From: a virus | Lineage: Duplodnaviria > Caudoviricetes | Direction: 5' to 3' (one strand) | IMG/VR virus record: IMGVR_UViG_3300025502_000078 | Location: 1-35,186 of that record | DNA: 35,186 nucleotides | In this document: one piece after another, positions 26,021-35,186 of the stretch | How positions within the stretch are numbered: position 1 is the stretch's first letter | Layout: every line of letters begins with the position of its first letter | Position numbers and translations under genes: made by a program | Notes under the pieces: model-generated | What the model saw: the letters and a program-made list of their open reading frames with translations, nothing else | What the model was told of the DNA's origin: nothing | Databases searched by the model: none

Positions 26021-27278
26021 CTCTATACTCCTCTAACCATGGAAATAATGTTTTCCAATCTGTTTTTCGTCGTCGGTCTATTTCATCTAAATATGTTATT
26101 AATTGTAACACCTTTCCTTTATCAAGTCTACTGTTTTTGACATTATTTGTTATAGCCGTGAAATGTTCTTTTGCACTCGGGCCATGCCAACTTTCTGTTT
26201 CCATAAGGTTTAAAATAGTTTTAAAATCGTTGCTAAATTCATCTGCACCTAATATGTCGGGTGCCATGTAGTCTGGATAATATACCTGGGCAAAATAATG
26301 TTCTATCTTTCTATCCTGACTCCACTCTTTTAATTTCTTAAGTAAACCAGGTATTGTTTTAATTGTTAATACTGAGATGGCACCATTGAGATTTAATTTA
26401 ATCCAGCGTTCACCTATTAGGTATCTGAAGTTGTCTTCCCACTGCGTTAATTTAATGCCGTGTCTAGTAAACTCTTGCTGTGGTCCCCAACAATCAATTG
26501 AACAGTGCATGTCTAATCGTCCTAGTTTCTTTTTTGCAATTAATTGTTTTATTCTACCAATATACTTTTCTAATTTAGATTTTTTAATCATTAAGTTTGA
26601 AACTATTTCAAGCTCTAAATCAGGACAGGGGTTATTTTCTAAAAACTCTAAGAATGTGTCAAATTGGGTTTGATAAAAGGGCTCACCACCTAATAGGTGT
26701 AATCTTTTTAACTTGTGTGCATTGTTTTCCATCCACTCCCAAAACTTTTCTTCAATATGACTAAAATTATCTGGATGTTTAAATTTACTTTCTAATACTA
26801 AATTATGTTTTTCAAATTTTCCAAACTTTTTCATCTCAGAGTCTATGCCCGAACTTAGCTCAGGTCCACAATACACACATTTTAAATTGCAGGTATTGTC
26901 TAAATAAACTTCTAATATAGTTGGATCTACGTGTGTTAGTGTAGAATCCTGATCAAGCTCTGGCGGATGTAGGTCCGGTAATGAGTTATAAAATTGTCGA
27001 TCACTGCGTCCATTATTTTTTTCAAACTTACCACAATATTCTTCACAGGTTGTCTCAGTTGGGCCGGGATCACCCGAAGGCCAATGGCCCTGTAACATTG
27101 TCTCTCTTTGCTCTATCTTCTCAGCAGTATTATGAAAGTTAAATGTTTCTATATCAAATTTATGATCAATAACTCGATGACAGCTAGAAGTTACCCCTAA
27201 GTGTAGTGCTATTTTACTAAATGACCATTTTGCCAGGCACGACGTGTCTGTTCTAATTGGAAAATACTTTTTTTCCAT
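26007..27278 (-). CDS. Radical SAM protein with N-terminal Cys-rich domain
   Basis: CNLKCVYC, GGEPF, SID; N-terminal C..KW...SCH...C...C. Confidence 0.88.
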   Translation of the reverse strand: MEKKYFPIRTDTSCLAKWSFSKIALHLGVTSSCHRVIDHKFDIETFNFHNTAEKIEQRETMLQGHWPSGDPGPTETTCEEYCGKFEKNNGRSDRQFYNSLPDLHPPELDQDSTLTHVDPTILEVYLDNTCNLKCVYCGPELSSGIDSEMKKFGKFEKHNLVLESKFKHPDNFSHIEEKFWEWMENNAHKLKRLHLLGGEPFYQTQFDTFLEFLENNPCPDLELEIVSNLMIKKSKLEKYIGRIKQLIAKKKLGRLDMHCSIDCWGPQQEFTRHGIKLTQWEDNFRYLIGERWIKLNLNGAISVLTIKTIPGLLKKLKEWSQDRKIEHYFAQVYYPDYMAPDILGADEFSNDFKTILNLMETESWHGPSAKEHFTAITNNVKNSRLDKGKVLQLITYLDEIDRRRKTDWKTLFPWLEEYRDVVQ

Positions 27279-27551
27279 TTAGTAGTCGTCTTCTTCTTCA
27301 TCGCCATCGTCTTGTTCGTCGCCCCAAGTATCTAAGCCATCGTCTTCCTCTACCTCATCTAACACATAGGCTGACAACGCATGTTTGATATCGTTATCCT
27401 GACCAAGGTCGCTAGATTGAATGGCGTCGCTGGCAACCCCTAAGTTATCAATTAGTGCATTAACAACATCCATTGCGGCTTGTTTTTCATCTGAGACATG
27501 ATCTTTAACAGCTAACCATACTTCAGCCGCTGATACTAATGATTCTGACAT
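27279..27551 (-). CDS. Small highly acidic hypothetical protein
   Basis: 90 aa with D/E-rich tail, immediately downstream of uvsX. Confidence 0.7.
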   Translation of the reverse strand: MSESLVSAAEVWLAVKDHVSDEKQAAMDVVNALIDNLGVASDAIQSSDLGQDNDIKHALSAYVLDEVEEDDGLDTWGDEQDDGDEEEDDY

Positions 27552-27552
27552 A

Positions 27553-28677
27553 TTATTTTACTTCCTCTATTGTTACTTCTACTACAGGTTCAGGTGCTTG
27601 TTGTTCTATAGCATTATCGTCCATAGTCTCTATATCTTCAATACTTATCTTTTCTTCTACTTTTCCGTATGTAGCCATAATCGTGTCAAGACAGCCTTCT
27701 TCATTTAGTTCCCACGCTTTACGGAACATTTTAATTTCATTAGCACTGTCAGCTTCACCAAAGCGTAATCTATTACCATCTTTAACTAACAGTCCGGCTT
27801 TTTCAGCCATATCAACTAGTCCACTGTACGGACTCATTCCTGTTGAGTATGGGATTTTAACTTGCACACCTTCAAACGGTTTAGCATATCTAGTCTTCAT
27901 TACTTTACACCCAGCTCTAATACCCCTAACATCTGATATTTTATTACCGCCTTCATCTTCTTTAAGTTTAAGTTTCTTCATTGCAACAACAATACTTGAT
28001 GCGTAAATAAAACCTTGTCCACCGGATATCTTATCATCTGGATCGAACATATCTTGACTTGCATAGGTATGGTTAGTACATACTATACCAATGTTAAGTG
28101 CACCAATCATATTAACAGTATTACGTACCAGTGATGTTAGTGCCTTAGGTTTACGACCCATATCACCTTTCATATCACCAGCTTCAAATTGATTAACATC
28201 TGTAGGTGTTAGTAACATACCTAGCGAATCGATAACAAATAATACCTTAGCTCTATTTTCGGCCGGCATGTCTCTATATTCTTTTACAAATTCAGAAATA
28301 GTTTTAGCTACGTCATCGATCATGGCCATGTTCAATTTAAGTAGTTTCTCTTCTGTTGTGTCGACACCTAAGGCATGTAGCCATTTCTCATCGAGTGCAT
28401 TCTCACTGTCAATTAAGATAACAAATATACCTTGTTCTTGTGCATTTTTAACAATGTTACCTGAACAGATGTAACTCTTACCTGCTCCGGACTCTCCAGC
28501 AAACACTGTTACTTTACCTAGCGGGATGCCTTTAGTAAAGTCACCACTAATTAAATAGTTTAAGGCATAGTTTCCTGTTGAAACCCAATCTGTTGGGTCA
28601 TTGAATCCTAAACTCATTCCTGGAATGCTTTTAGTAATGCTTTTTCTAAATTTACTTGCGTCAAAGGGTCTGGCCAT
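27553..28677 (-). CDS. uvsX: RecA-like recombinase UvsX
   Basis: GESGAGKS, IDSENALD, VIDSLG, TNHTY, SGGQG..YASS, KTRY; AGGAG SD. Confidence 0.95.
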   Translation of the reverse strand: MARPFDASKFRKSITKSIPGMSLGFNDPTDWVSTGNYALNYLISGDFTKGIPLGKVTVFAGESGAGKSYICSGNIVKNAQEQGIFVILIDSENALDEKWLHALGVDTTEEKLLKLNMAMIDDVAKTISEFVKEYRDMPAENRAKVLFVIDSLGMLLTPTDVNQFEAGDMKGDMGRKPKALTSLVRNTVNMIGALNIGIVCTNHTYASQDMFDPDDKISGGQGFIYASSIVVAMKKLKLKEDEGGNKISDVRGIRAGCKVMKTRYAKPFEGVQVKIPYSTGMSPYSGLVDMAEKAGLLVKDGNRLRFGEADSANEIKMFRKAWELNEEGCLDTIMATYGKVEEKISIEDIETMDDNAIEQQAPEPVVEVTIEEVK

Positions 28678-28678
28678 G

Positions 28679-29701
28679 CTATTCTCCTAAATTTATATCT
28701 GTGTAGTAGTCTTTATAACTAATTTTTCGTACTTGATCTTGCTTAGTTATAAACTCTACTAGTTCGTTTGTATTATTATAACTTGATGCAACCGAAGGTG
28801 CAAGTTGTTTGAGTAACAATATGTCCGATTTCTCAAACTTTTTCCGTGCCTGTTCGGTAAACTCATTTTCGTACTTTATATTCATTTGTTCAGGGTATTC
28901 AAGTACTCCGTAACTAAAAGGAATTCCTACTTGGTCTGCGTACAATAACATATTTGCTAAGTCGTTGATAGTATAAACGTTTAGCGTACTCCAAAAGCCG
29001 AGTTCTAAATTTTTATGTTTGTCTGCTAAGTGTTTATACTTTCTAACAACCTGGTCCCATTTCCCCCACTTAATCGGAAAACGAGCATACTCGTGTACTT
29101 GTTTAGTGCCATCAAAACTCAATGTTACTATAACTTTTATCTTACGTTCTAGTAGTTGTTCTATCTGTTTAATTACTGTTGTGCCGTTGGTATTAATTCT
29201 AACTATCTTAACATTTTGTGGTAAATTGTCTAACAGTCGAGCATAGTTCTTACTATAGCTAGGTTCTCCACCGTTAATATCTAATTCAACAATACGATCT
29301 TTAGGCAGCCGGTCAAATGCTGTTACATTTTCTAACTTAATAACGTTCTTTTCTAAACTTCCGATAGTTGTTGACAGTCCGGCATAGCAAAACTGGCATG
29401 CTGAGTTGCATACGTTGTCTAAGACGCCACCTATAATGAGATAATCATCTTTAAATGTCTTTAACAACTTGTCTCTACGTATGCTATCGATTCGAATACT
29501 GGAGCCTGATGCCAGCTCGGTTGTTTGACAACGCCGGCATTCTGTAGGCCAGTCTTCATTTTCTTTTATCTCTTTTGCCCAGTCACTGCTTTCCATTTCT
29601 TCGTAAGAAGTAAACCTAGGAGCATTGACCATATGGCCGCAACGACTAACTGTACTATCTTCATTTAATCGAGCAAAGTGATCAAGGCGTGGGCAAAACA
29701 T
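28679..29701 (-). CDS. Radical SAM protein with N-terminal SPASM/twitch-like Cys motif
   Basis: MFCP...RCGH...CRRC; CNSACQFC, GGEP, NTNG, SFDG. Confidence 0.88.
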   Translation of the reverse strand: MFCPRLDHFARLNEDSTVSRCGHMVNAPRFTSYEEMESSDWAKEIKENEDWPTECRRCQTTELASGSSIRIDSIRRDKLLKTFKDDYLIIGGVLDNVCNSACQFCYAGLSTTIGSLEKNVIKLENVTAFDRLPKDRIVELDINGGEPSYSKNYARLLDNLPQNVKIVRINTNGTTVIKQIEQLLERKIKVIVTLSFDGTKQVHEYARFPIKWGKWDQVVRKYKHLADKHKNLELGFWSTLNVYTINDLANMLLYADQVGIPFSYGVLEYPEQMNIKYENEFTEQARKKFEKSDILLLKQLAPSVASSYNNTNELVEFITKQDQVRKISYKDYYTDINLGE

Positions 29702-30320
29702 GTGTTACCTCCGCTAGTTTTTGTGATTTACCAATGACTGTAGCATACGCCAATGGGGCTTGTGTCAGTAGATGTGTCATTATTTGATTAGGTGACCAGC
29801 TCTGCCCAGTTAAGTCGTTAACTAGCAAATTATCTAATATCATATACATCTCTAAATTCGGGCTCGTTGGGGATTCTACATTTGATTTTTTAGGTATAGC
29901 TACACGTCCAGACGTATAGTAACTTAACATCTGTATATTATGTATATGTATCTTAGCATCTGGGGACATATACCTCATAAGATTAATTAACCAACAAAAT
30001 TGAGGGAGTATATGGCGATCAAAGATATAACCTTGTTCTCCTAAGTACAAAAGAGTCTGATAATCTAATTTAGGATTTTCGTAAATATATGTCTGAAATC
30101 CGCTACGATATCTTTCTTCTGGATCACGTAAAAATACATCTATATCAGTAAGTTTCTTAATCTGCTCATTGAAAATTAATTTATAATTGTTTTCTTTCTG
30201 AATGTTATATATTGAAGAACTTCCGTTCTTAAATATTGGATATATGTATTTGTTCTGATTAGGAAAGTATACAATTTCTACTTTATTCGGAAATAGTATA
30301 TCATCTAACTTTGTAAACAT
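29682..30320 (-). CDS. Sulfotransferase family 2-like protein
   Basis: PIFKNGSSS (5'-PSB-like), FLRDPEERYRSG (3'-PB-like), DRHILPQ. Confidence 0.7.
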   Translation of the reverse strand: MFTKLDDILFPNKVEIVYFPNQNKYIYPIFKNGSSSIYNIQKENNYKLIFNEQIKKLTDIDVFLRDPEERYRSGFQTYIYENPKLDYQTLLYLGEQGYIFDRHILPQFCWLINLMRYMSPDAKIHIHNIQMLSYYTSGRVAIPKKSNVESPTSPNLEMYMILDNLLVNDLTGQSWSPNQIMTHLLTQAPLAYATVIGKSQKLAEVTHVLPTP

Positions 30321-31459
30321 TTATACATCTCCGGAAATATTTTTGTACTATCTATCCCTCTGCGTGTGTCTAATTTAGACAACTTATTTTTTAATGTTCT
30401 TGGATCTTTAATCATTGGTTGTGTTAGGTGTGTTAACATATTACGATAACTATCTTCTATTAAGAAACCTGGTTCTTTTTTAATTCTATTGTTAAGCTCT
30501 ATCATTAATTCATCTATTATATTGTCTGGTAAATGTCTAACGTCCTGCCAGGTAGGTAGAGTTAATGGACCTACTATAAAACTGTTATTATGGTAACCTA
30601 GCCCTTTAAGGTAATCAACAGTGTCAAATATAGATCTAAAATTCATAGCATACCATAACATATTAAAACTTACCTTGTGTCCTTTATCTGTTATACGTAA
30701 TAAGTTTTCATTGAAGTCTTCCCATACACCACCATATCTAATGTATTCAAACTGATCTTCTATAGTATCTAAACTAACTGTCCAGTGTACATTTTTAAAC
30801 TCCATAATTTTGTCAAATACCTTTGTACCTGTTTTACTTAGATTAGTGTTCACTCTTATGTTTACATCAGGATTCTTTTCTTGGAGTATTTCTAATAACT
30901 CTAAATTCTCTTTCATTAATAACGGCTCCCCACCTGCTAGATAGACATGTTTAAGTTGGTGGGCATTATCAAATACTAATTGTTTAAGTTCTTCTACACG
31001 TTCAGGTGTAGGCTCTTGAACTTGTATTTTTAATTCAGTTGCCCATTTACTAGAGTATTCAGGACCGCAATATACACAAGCATGATTACATACGTTTGAC
31101 CAACGTATATCTATCTTGTGTAACTTAAAATTGTCAACTTGATCATATAATGTATTGTCTACAGTTTTTAATTCTTTAAGATAAAAGATACGATCACTAA
31201 TCATGTCATACCCTTTCTTTTCTCCTTCGAGATCATAACATACATTACACCCTATACCCCCTTTGTGATCAAGCATGTTCTGTTTAGTTGTTGTGTTCTC
31301 TTTCAATATATCGTGTATCGAATTATCTTTTAAATTGCCAATAGGTCGTTGACTACGTATACAGTTTAATACATCACCGTTTGAATTATACATAAAGCCT
31401 GTCCAGGGTATAGGACAAAACTTTTTGTTGGTTAAATATTCTTTAGCTTTCAAACCCAT
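30305..31459 (-). CDS. Radical SAM protein with N-terminal SPASM/twitch-like domain
   Basis: FCPIPW...GDVLNC...IGNL...CNVC; CNHACVYC, AGGEPLL, NTN, SLD. Confidence 0.9.
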   Translation of the reverse strand: MGLKAKEYLTNKKFCPIPWTGFMYNSNGDVLNCIRSQRPIGNLKDNSIHDILKENTTTKQNMLDHKGGIGCNVCYDLEGEKKGYDMISDRIFYLKELKTVDNTLYDQVDNFKLHKIDIRWSNVCNHACVYCGPEYSSKWATELKIQVQEPTPERVEELKQLVFDNAHQLKHVYLAGGEPLLMKENLELLEILQEKNPDVNIRVNTNLSKTGTKVFDKIMEFKNVHWTVSLDTIEDQFEYIRYGGVWEDFNENLLRITDKGHKVSFNMLWYAMNFRSIFDTVDYLKGLGYHNNSFIVGPLTLPTWQDVRHLPDNIIDELMIELNNRIKKEPGFLIEDSYRNMLTHLTQPMIKDPRTLKNKLSKLDTRRGIDSTKIFPEMYKCLQS

Positions 31460-31985
31460 CCTCTGCTATTTGACCTATGCCGATCTCATATATTTGAGTT
31501 TTTCCGGTATGCTCTAAGATATTAACCAACGTTTCTGCCCATTCATCTACATCAACACCATTATGGGAGGTTGCTGTTTTAATCATGCCAGGTTTAACTA
31601 AACAAACTCTTGGCCAGGTATTATTTGTTAACATTTGTCGATGTGTTTCTTCTATTGCTAGTTTTTGTATTCTATATATCTGATAATCTATATTCTGAGC
31701 ACCTAAATTTGATGTCATCATGCTACTGATATTAATTATTATGTGATCTTTAAGATTTTTCCAGCGTCTATATACTTCCCACGCCAGTTCTGTTTGAGAA
31801 TAACCCGCTTGTGCGTTATTGATAAACATATCACAAGGTTCTATTTTGTCTGCTAGCTTATCAGTATTTTTAATATTATCGCCGTAACGTTTACTGAGAC
31901 CTACAATCTCATGTCCGCGATTTTCGTATTGTTTTGCTAGTGATTGGCCTATGCCTGCACTATGTCCTGTGATTGCTATCTTCAT
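31443..31985 (-). CDS. Short-chain dehydrogenase/reductase (compact)
   Basis: ITGHSAGIG, INNA, NISS, YRIQK (YxxxK), PG. Confidence 0.85.
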   Translation of the reverse strand: MKIAITGHSAGIGQSLAKQYENRGHEIVGLSKRYGDNIKNTDKLADKIEPCDMFINNAQAGYSQTELAWEVYRRWKNLKDHIIINISSMMTSNLGAQNIDYQIYRIQKLAIEETHRQMLTNNTWPRVCLVKPGMIKTATSHNGVDVDEWAETLVNILEHTGKTQIYEIGIGQIAEDGFES

Positions 31986-31993
31986 ATCAGTAG

Positions 31994-32024
31994 TTATCAG
32001 AGCGATGTTACCACCGCCCGATAA
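31994..32024 (-). terminator. Hairpin after gp32 with GTAA loop
   Basis: TATCGGGCGGTG-GTAA-CATCGCTCTGATA on the minus strand; no clear U-tract. Confidence 0.45.
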
Positions 32025-32033
32025 TCTAATCTA

Positions 32034-33041
32034 TTAAGATGCCTGTCTTGAACGGATCATTGCAAGTATATCTTCTGCTTTTGATCCTGTTGCTTTTGGT
32101 GCCGCCTCAGCTGGTGCTACTACTGGAGCAGGTGTTGCTACTGCTTCAGTTACTGGTGCTACTACTGGTGCTACTGGTGCAGGTGTTGCTACTGCTTCAG
32201 TCGTTGCTTTTGGTGTGCTAAATGCTTCTGATGACCCTGTTGAAGCTGGAGCATTCATACCGTATGGACGGAAATATGCACTCCATTTCTCTGCATCATA
32301 TGGTCTACCGTCTACTGATGCTTCAAACATTTCTTTCATAACTCTATGTTCAACTTCGCTTGGTTTCTTAGGAAGATAGTCATTTAAGTTATGTAAGCCA
32401 TGTGTTTCAATAGCCGCTTGTTCTACTTCTGTTAGTGCAGTTTCTTTACGTGCCCATGTTGATGTAGTGTAATCAGCATATCCACCTTTTTGTGTTTTAA
32501 CAACACGGAAATCAATACCACGTAAGTAGTCTGTTGGTAATTCTTCCATTTCTGGATCCATTAATGCGGTTTTAATAATATTAAAAATCTGTGGACTCAT
32601 AACAAATCTACGGATTGGATTTTCAGGTGTGTTATCATCTGCTAATGTATTTTCTCTTACAAAGCCTTGGAAAATATAAGATCTTTTCTTCCAGTACTTG
32701 CGTCCCATTTCTTCTAGTGAACTGTCCTTAAACCATGTTCTTACTTCTGCTAGAATTGGACAAGATTCTCCCCACATTTCTATACATGGAATTTGTACTT
32801 GAACTTGTTTAGTATCCATTTCACCTTTGATACCATTGAATGGTAAGCGGATCATGTTACGTTCTACCCAAAAGAATGAATTAGTTGGGTCTGAGTCAGG
32901 TAAAAAGCGTAAGGTTGATGTTGCTCCTTCTGCGATATTCCAGTGTGGATAGATAGCGTTGTCGCCGCCACCGTGTGAGTTTGATGATGTTCTTGATTCT
33001 GCTTGTGTTAACTTAGCTCGAATTTCTGCTAAAGATGCCAT
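32034..33041 (-). CDS. gp32: Single-stranded DNA-binding protein (T4 gp32-like)
   Basis: LRFLP, C.E..G..CPI, YWKKRSY, DF...K..KGGYADY..S.W; low-complexity tail; AAGGAG SD; TAAATA at 33120-33125. Confidence 0.88.
   Translation of the reverse strand: MASLAEIRAKLTQAESRTSSNSHGGGDNAIYPHWNIAEGATSTLRFLPDSDPTNSFFWVERNMIRLPFNGIKGEMDTKQVQVQIPCIEMWGESCPILAEVRTWFKDSSLEEMGRKYWKKRSYIFQGFVRENTLADDNTPENPIRRFVMSPQIFNIIKTALMDPEMEELPTDYLRGIDFRVVKTQKGGYADYTTSTWARKETALTEVEQAAIETHGLHNLNDYLPKKPSEVEHRVMKEMFEASVDGRPYDAEKWSAYFRPYGMNAPASTGSSEAFSTPKATTEAVATPAPVAPVVAPVTEAVATPAPVVAPAEAAPKATGSKAEDILAMIRSRQAS
32110..32201 (-). repeat. Imperfect tandem duplication in the gp32 linker (TEAVATPAPV x2)
   Basis: GCAGGTGTTGCTACTGCTTCAGT occurs twice on the + strand, with CTGGTGCTACTA units. 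Confidence 0.8.
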
Positions 33042-33165
33042 GTGTGTTTCTCCTTAATGTGCCTAGTTTTTAGTTTTTAATGTGTATTAATCATACAACA
33101 GTTACATTATATGATACTTTATTTAGCATTGCAATGGTTATATTGGTATATTTTACCAAAGTCGT

Positions 33166-33201
33166 AAAAAAAGAGTATAACTTATCTACAGTATACTCTT
33201 T
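33166..33201 (-). terminator. Rho-independent terminator after 33225..34886
   Basis: AAAGAGTATA...TATACTCTTT stem followed by a T-run on the minus strand. Confidence 0.65.
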
Positions 33202-33224
33202 CTCTACAGTTCTTTTTTAAGGAA

Positions 33225-34886
33225 CTATCTAGCCAACCTCAATATTGCTTTTAATTCATCTTCTTGCACTTTGTATGTTTTACCGTCTACTTCAAATTCT
33301 TTTTCACCTGCGGATCTTGCTTGGGCTAATTTTTCAGTAAAGTCGTTTCCTTCTTCAATGCCTGCCGCTTTAAGGAATCGTTCTCTATCAAAGCGTGGAT
33401 TTTGTTTAGCAAACATGTCAGCATGATGATTTGCTAACTCTTTTTTCTTTGCTTGATCTGGATTTGCTTTTAATAAGTCAGCTACCATTTGGAAGTCTTT
33501 ACGTGTTGGCCCTTCATATACTTCTTGATCTTTATCCTCTGATGCTATTGCTGATGCCCGATCACCTGGTCGCTCATTAAAAACTTTCATTTTTATATAT
33601 GCTGGCTTAGTCTGGTCCTGTCTTAGTCCAGGTGTTTTAATTTCTTCCCAGTCTGACTTTTTGTCACCATATTTTTCTTCAAACTCTTTGTCTGATAAGT
33701 CGGTTAAGTCCATATGCAGGTCTTTCATTTTACCTTCGTCTAACTCCTGATCAGTGTCTGAATTACAGTCCGGACAAGCATGTGTAGCACCGTCAGGAGT
33801 TTCCCATGAGCCTTTTCCGTCACAAGTTTCGCATTTTTCTTCTGCTTCATTGACACATATGCAATCGTCGTGATCACAATCTGGGCAAACATTGCCTTCT
33901 GGGTTAGCAATACTTTCTGCCCAATCGTTAAATTCTGTAATTTCTTTCATAACTGAGTTCCTTGATTCAAGTTTATTTAGCACCGGAATAGCTTCTTCTA
34001 TTCTAGTGTCTAGCAATGTTTCTGTAAACATATCACGTAGTTTATCGGTAATTTCTTCATGTGACTCATTTTTAGTAGGGTCAAATGCGTCAACTTGTTC
34101 TTTATATCCTCTACGACCTATCATTCTTTTTACTTTCTTTTTAAGATCAGCATAATGTCTTACACCTGCTTCACGCATCATAGCTGTGCCTTCATCTGTA
34201 AAATCTTTTCCTCTACTTGCTCTCACAAAGTTAGCTAGTACACCAATATCTGATACTAGTTCGCAAATATATTGACCAAACTCATCATGCGGTGTTCCGC
34301 CCTCACTTATGTGTCTTGCCATAGCACGCCCAGCAAACAATTTAGTAAAAGGTAGTTTAAAACGTTCGCCTGCTTTATTTTCAACATATAGAGCTTGTAT
34401 ATTTCTATAACGCTGATCACCTTGTTCTTCATCAATTGGTTTTGAATGTATTATCTTAAGTCTAGCTTCTTTAGTAGGCTTAGTATAACTTGTATTTTTA
34501 TAACCGTAGTATTTAGATTCTTCTACTTGGCTTCTTGTTTGCATTGCGTATTTTAGTTTATTCATATTTTTTAAGTCAAACCCTAGCATATTGCGTCTGG
34601 CAAAGTGTCTTAGTTGATAAAGGAAATCATACCATTCAGATTTGTGGTTTACCTCCATACCTTTGCCAAGCGAATCACCGTAAAATACTTCTAAACTACC
34701 GTTGCTGGTAATAGTAACTACAACAGTACCGTAGTTAGTATCATCAGCAGTGTAGTCAAAGCTAAACAGTTCTGCTTCTTTTGGATTTGCAGTTTCTTTT
34801 CCTTTATTGTCTCTGGTTACTAGTTCAAAGTTCTTAGTAGTTAAGAGATCGAATAAATTTTGGTTAATGTCTTCTGTGGATATCAT
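33225..34886 (-). CDS. Large hypothetical protein, probable head-associated/scaffold-type protein with a modular acidic C-terminus
   Basis: 553 aa downstream of terminase; TAAATA at 34892-34897; CxxC clusters; many (I/L/V)-x-E sites. Confidence 0.55.
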   Translation of the reverse strand: MISTEDINQNLFDLLTTKNFELVTRDNKGKETANPKEAELFSFDYTADDTNYGTVVVTITSNGSLEVFYGDSLGKGMEVNHKSEWYDFLYQLRHFARRNMLGFDLKNMNKLKYAMQTRSQVEESKYYGYKNTSYTKPTKEARLKIIHSKPIDEEQGDQRYRNIQALYVENKAGERFKLPFTKLFAGRAMARHISEGGTPHDEFGQYICELVSDIGVLANFVRASRGKDFTDEGTAMMREAGVRHYADLKKKVKRMIGRRGYKEQVDAFDPTKNESHEEITDKLRDMFTETLLDTRIEEAIPVLNKLESRNSVMKEITEFNDWAESIANPEGNVCPDCDHDDCICVNEAEEKCETCDGKGSWETPDGATHACPDCNSDTDQELDEGKMKDLHMDLTDLSDKEFEEKYGDKKSDWEEIKTPGLRQDQTKPAYIKMKVFNERPGDRASAIASEDKDQEVYEGPTRKDFQMVADLLKANPDQAKKKELANHHADMFAKQNPRFDRERFLKAAGIEEGNDFTEKLAQARSAGEKEFEVDGKTYKVQEDELKAILRLAR

Positions 34887-34899
34887 GTCAGTATTTATC

Positions 34900-35184
34900 T
34901 TAAAACATTATAAACGGCATCGGGTCAATTTTGTTGTCGCTATGATCGGTCATTGACTCTCCAATACTCTTGTGGTAATTCTGTATTTGTTGGAGCATTC
35001 TGACTGCTAGCACCGTAGCCATAACTAAATCGTCGTGTTCTCCGGGTTTAGCCGCATATCCAGTACCACTTGCAACAAAGTTTTTAAGCTCACTGATCAA
35101 CGGTTTTGATTTAACTGTTAATCGATTTTGTTCTAGTAAAGTTTTAAATTTACTACAGGCTGCCAACTTGCTTTTATTTGTTGT
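34900..35184 (-). CDS. gp17: Terminase large subunit, C-terminal nuclease end (partial)
   Basis: TTNKSKLAAC...LISELKNFVASGTGYAAKPGEHDDLVMA; frame open to the window edge. Confidence 0.88.
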   Translation of the reverse strand, partial: TTNKSKLAACSKFKTLLEQNRLTVKSKPLISELKNFVASGTGYAAKPGEHDDLVMATVLAVRMLQQIQNYHKSIGESMTDHSDNKIDPMPFIMF

Positions 35185-35186
35185 GT

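Noticed and set aside
32110-32201. Repeat as a CRISPR array or replication origin
   Set aside because: In-frame coding duplication with no unique spacers.
33042-33224. tRNA or structured ncRNA in the longest intergenic gap
   Set aside because: Explained by a terminator, a TAAATA box and the gp32 leader; no cloverleaf seen. An unstructured autoregulatory gp32 leader is possible but unsupported.
3328-34155. Other nested ORFs (3328, 5562, 8192, 12603, 14395, 15825, 17925, 19371, 21883, 26377, 27539, 28268, 29019, 32039, 33892)
   Set aside because: They lie within or opposite recognised genes and have shadow-like composition; 32039..32221 merely mirrors the gp32 repeat.
1-35186. Stop-codon reassignment
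   Set aside because: Core genes are full length in the standard code, and TAA, TAG and TGA all end genes at sensible positions.

Overview
AT-rich, densely coded segment of a large T4-like (Caudoviricetes, myovirus-type) phage genome, almost entirely on the minus strand. Core genes are the terminase large subunit C-terminus, gp32 SSB, UvsX, UvsY, UvsW, gp61 primase, gp41 helicase, a likely gp62-type subunit, an AAA+ ATPase and a 195-aa mini-DnaE. They are interleaved with a large accessory set: about 9 glycosyltransferase-like genes, 2 methyltransferases, 3 radical SAM enzymes, a sulfotransferase-like protein, an SDR and 2 SGNH-like proteins. The main finding is a fractured uvsW gene. The helicase is cut inside its DECH (Walker B) motif into two genes, each carrying half of a naturally split intein (100-aa IntN, 35-aa IntC ending in Ala-Asn). 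A free-standing NUMOD3/TnsA-like endonuclease gene sits between them with its own candidate late promoter embedded in the IntN tail. Other points: many apparently leaderless transcripts from both sigma70-type and TAAATA late-type promoters, and a likely head-packaged nucleotidyltransferase/ligase-like fusion protein. All calls come from motif recognition by eye; no database searches were run.
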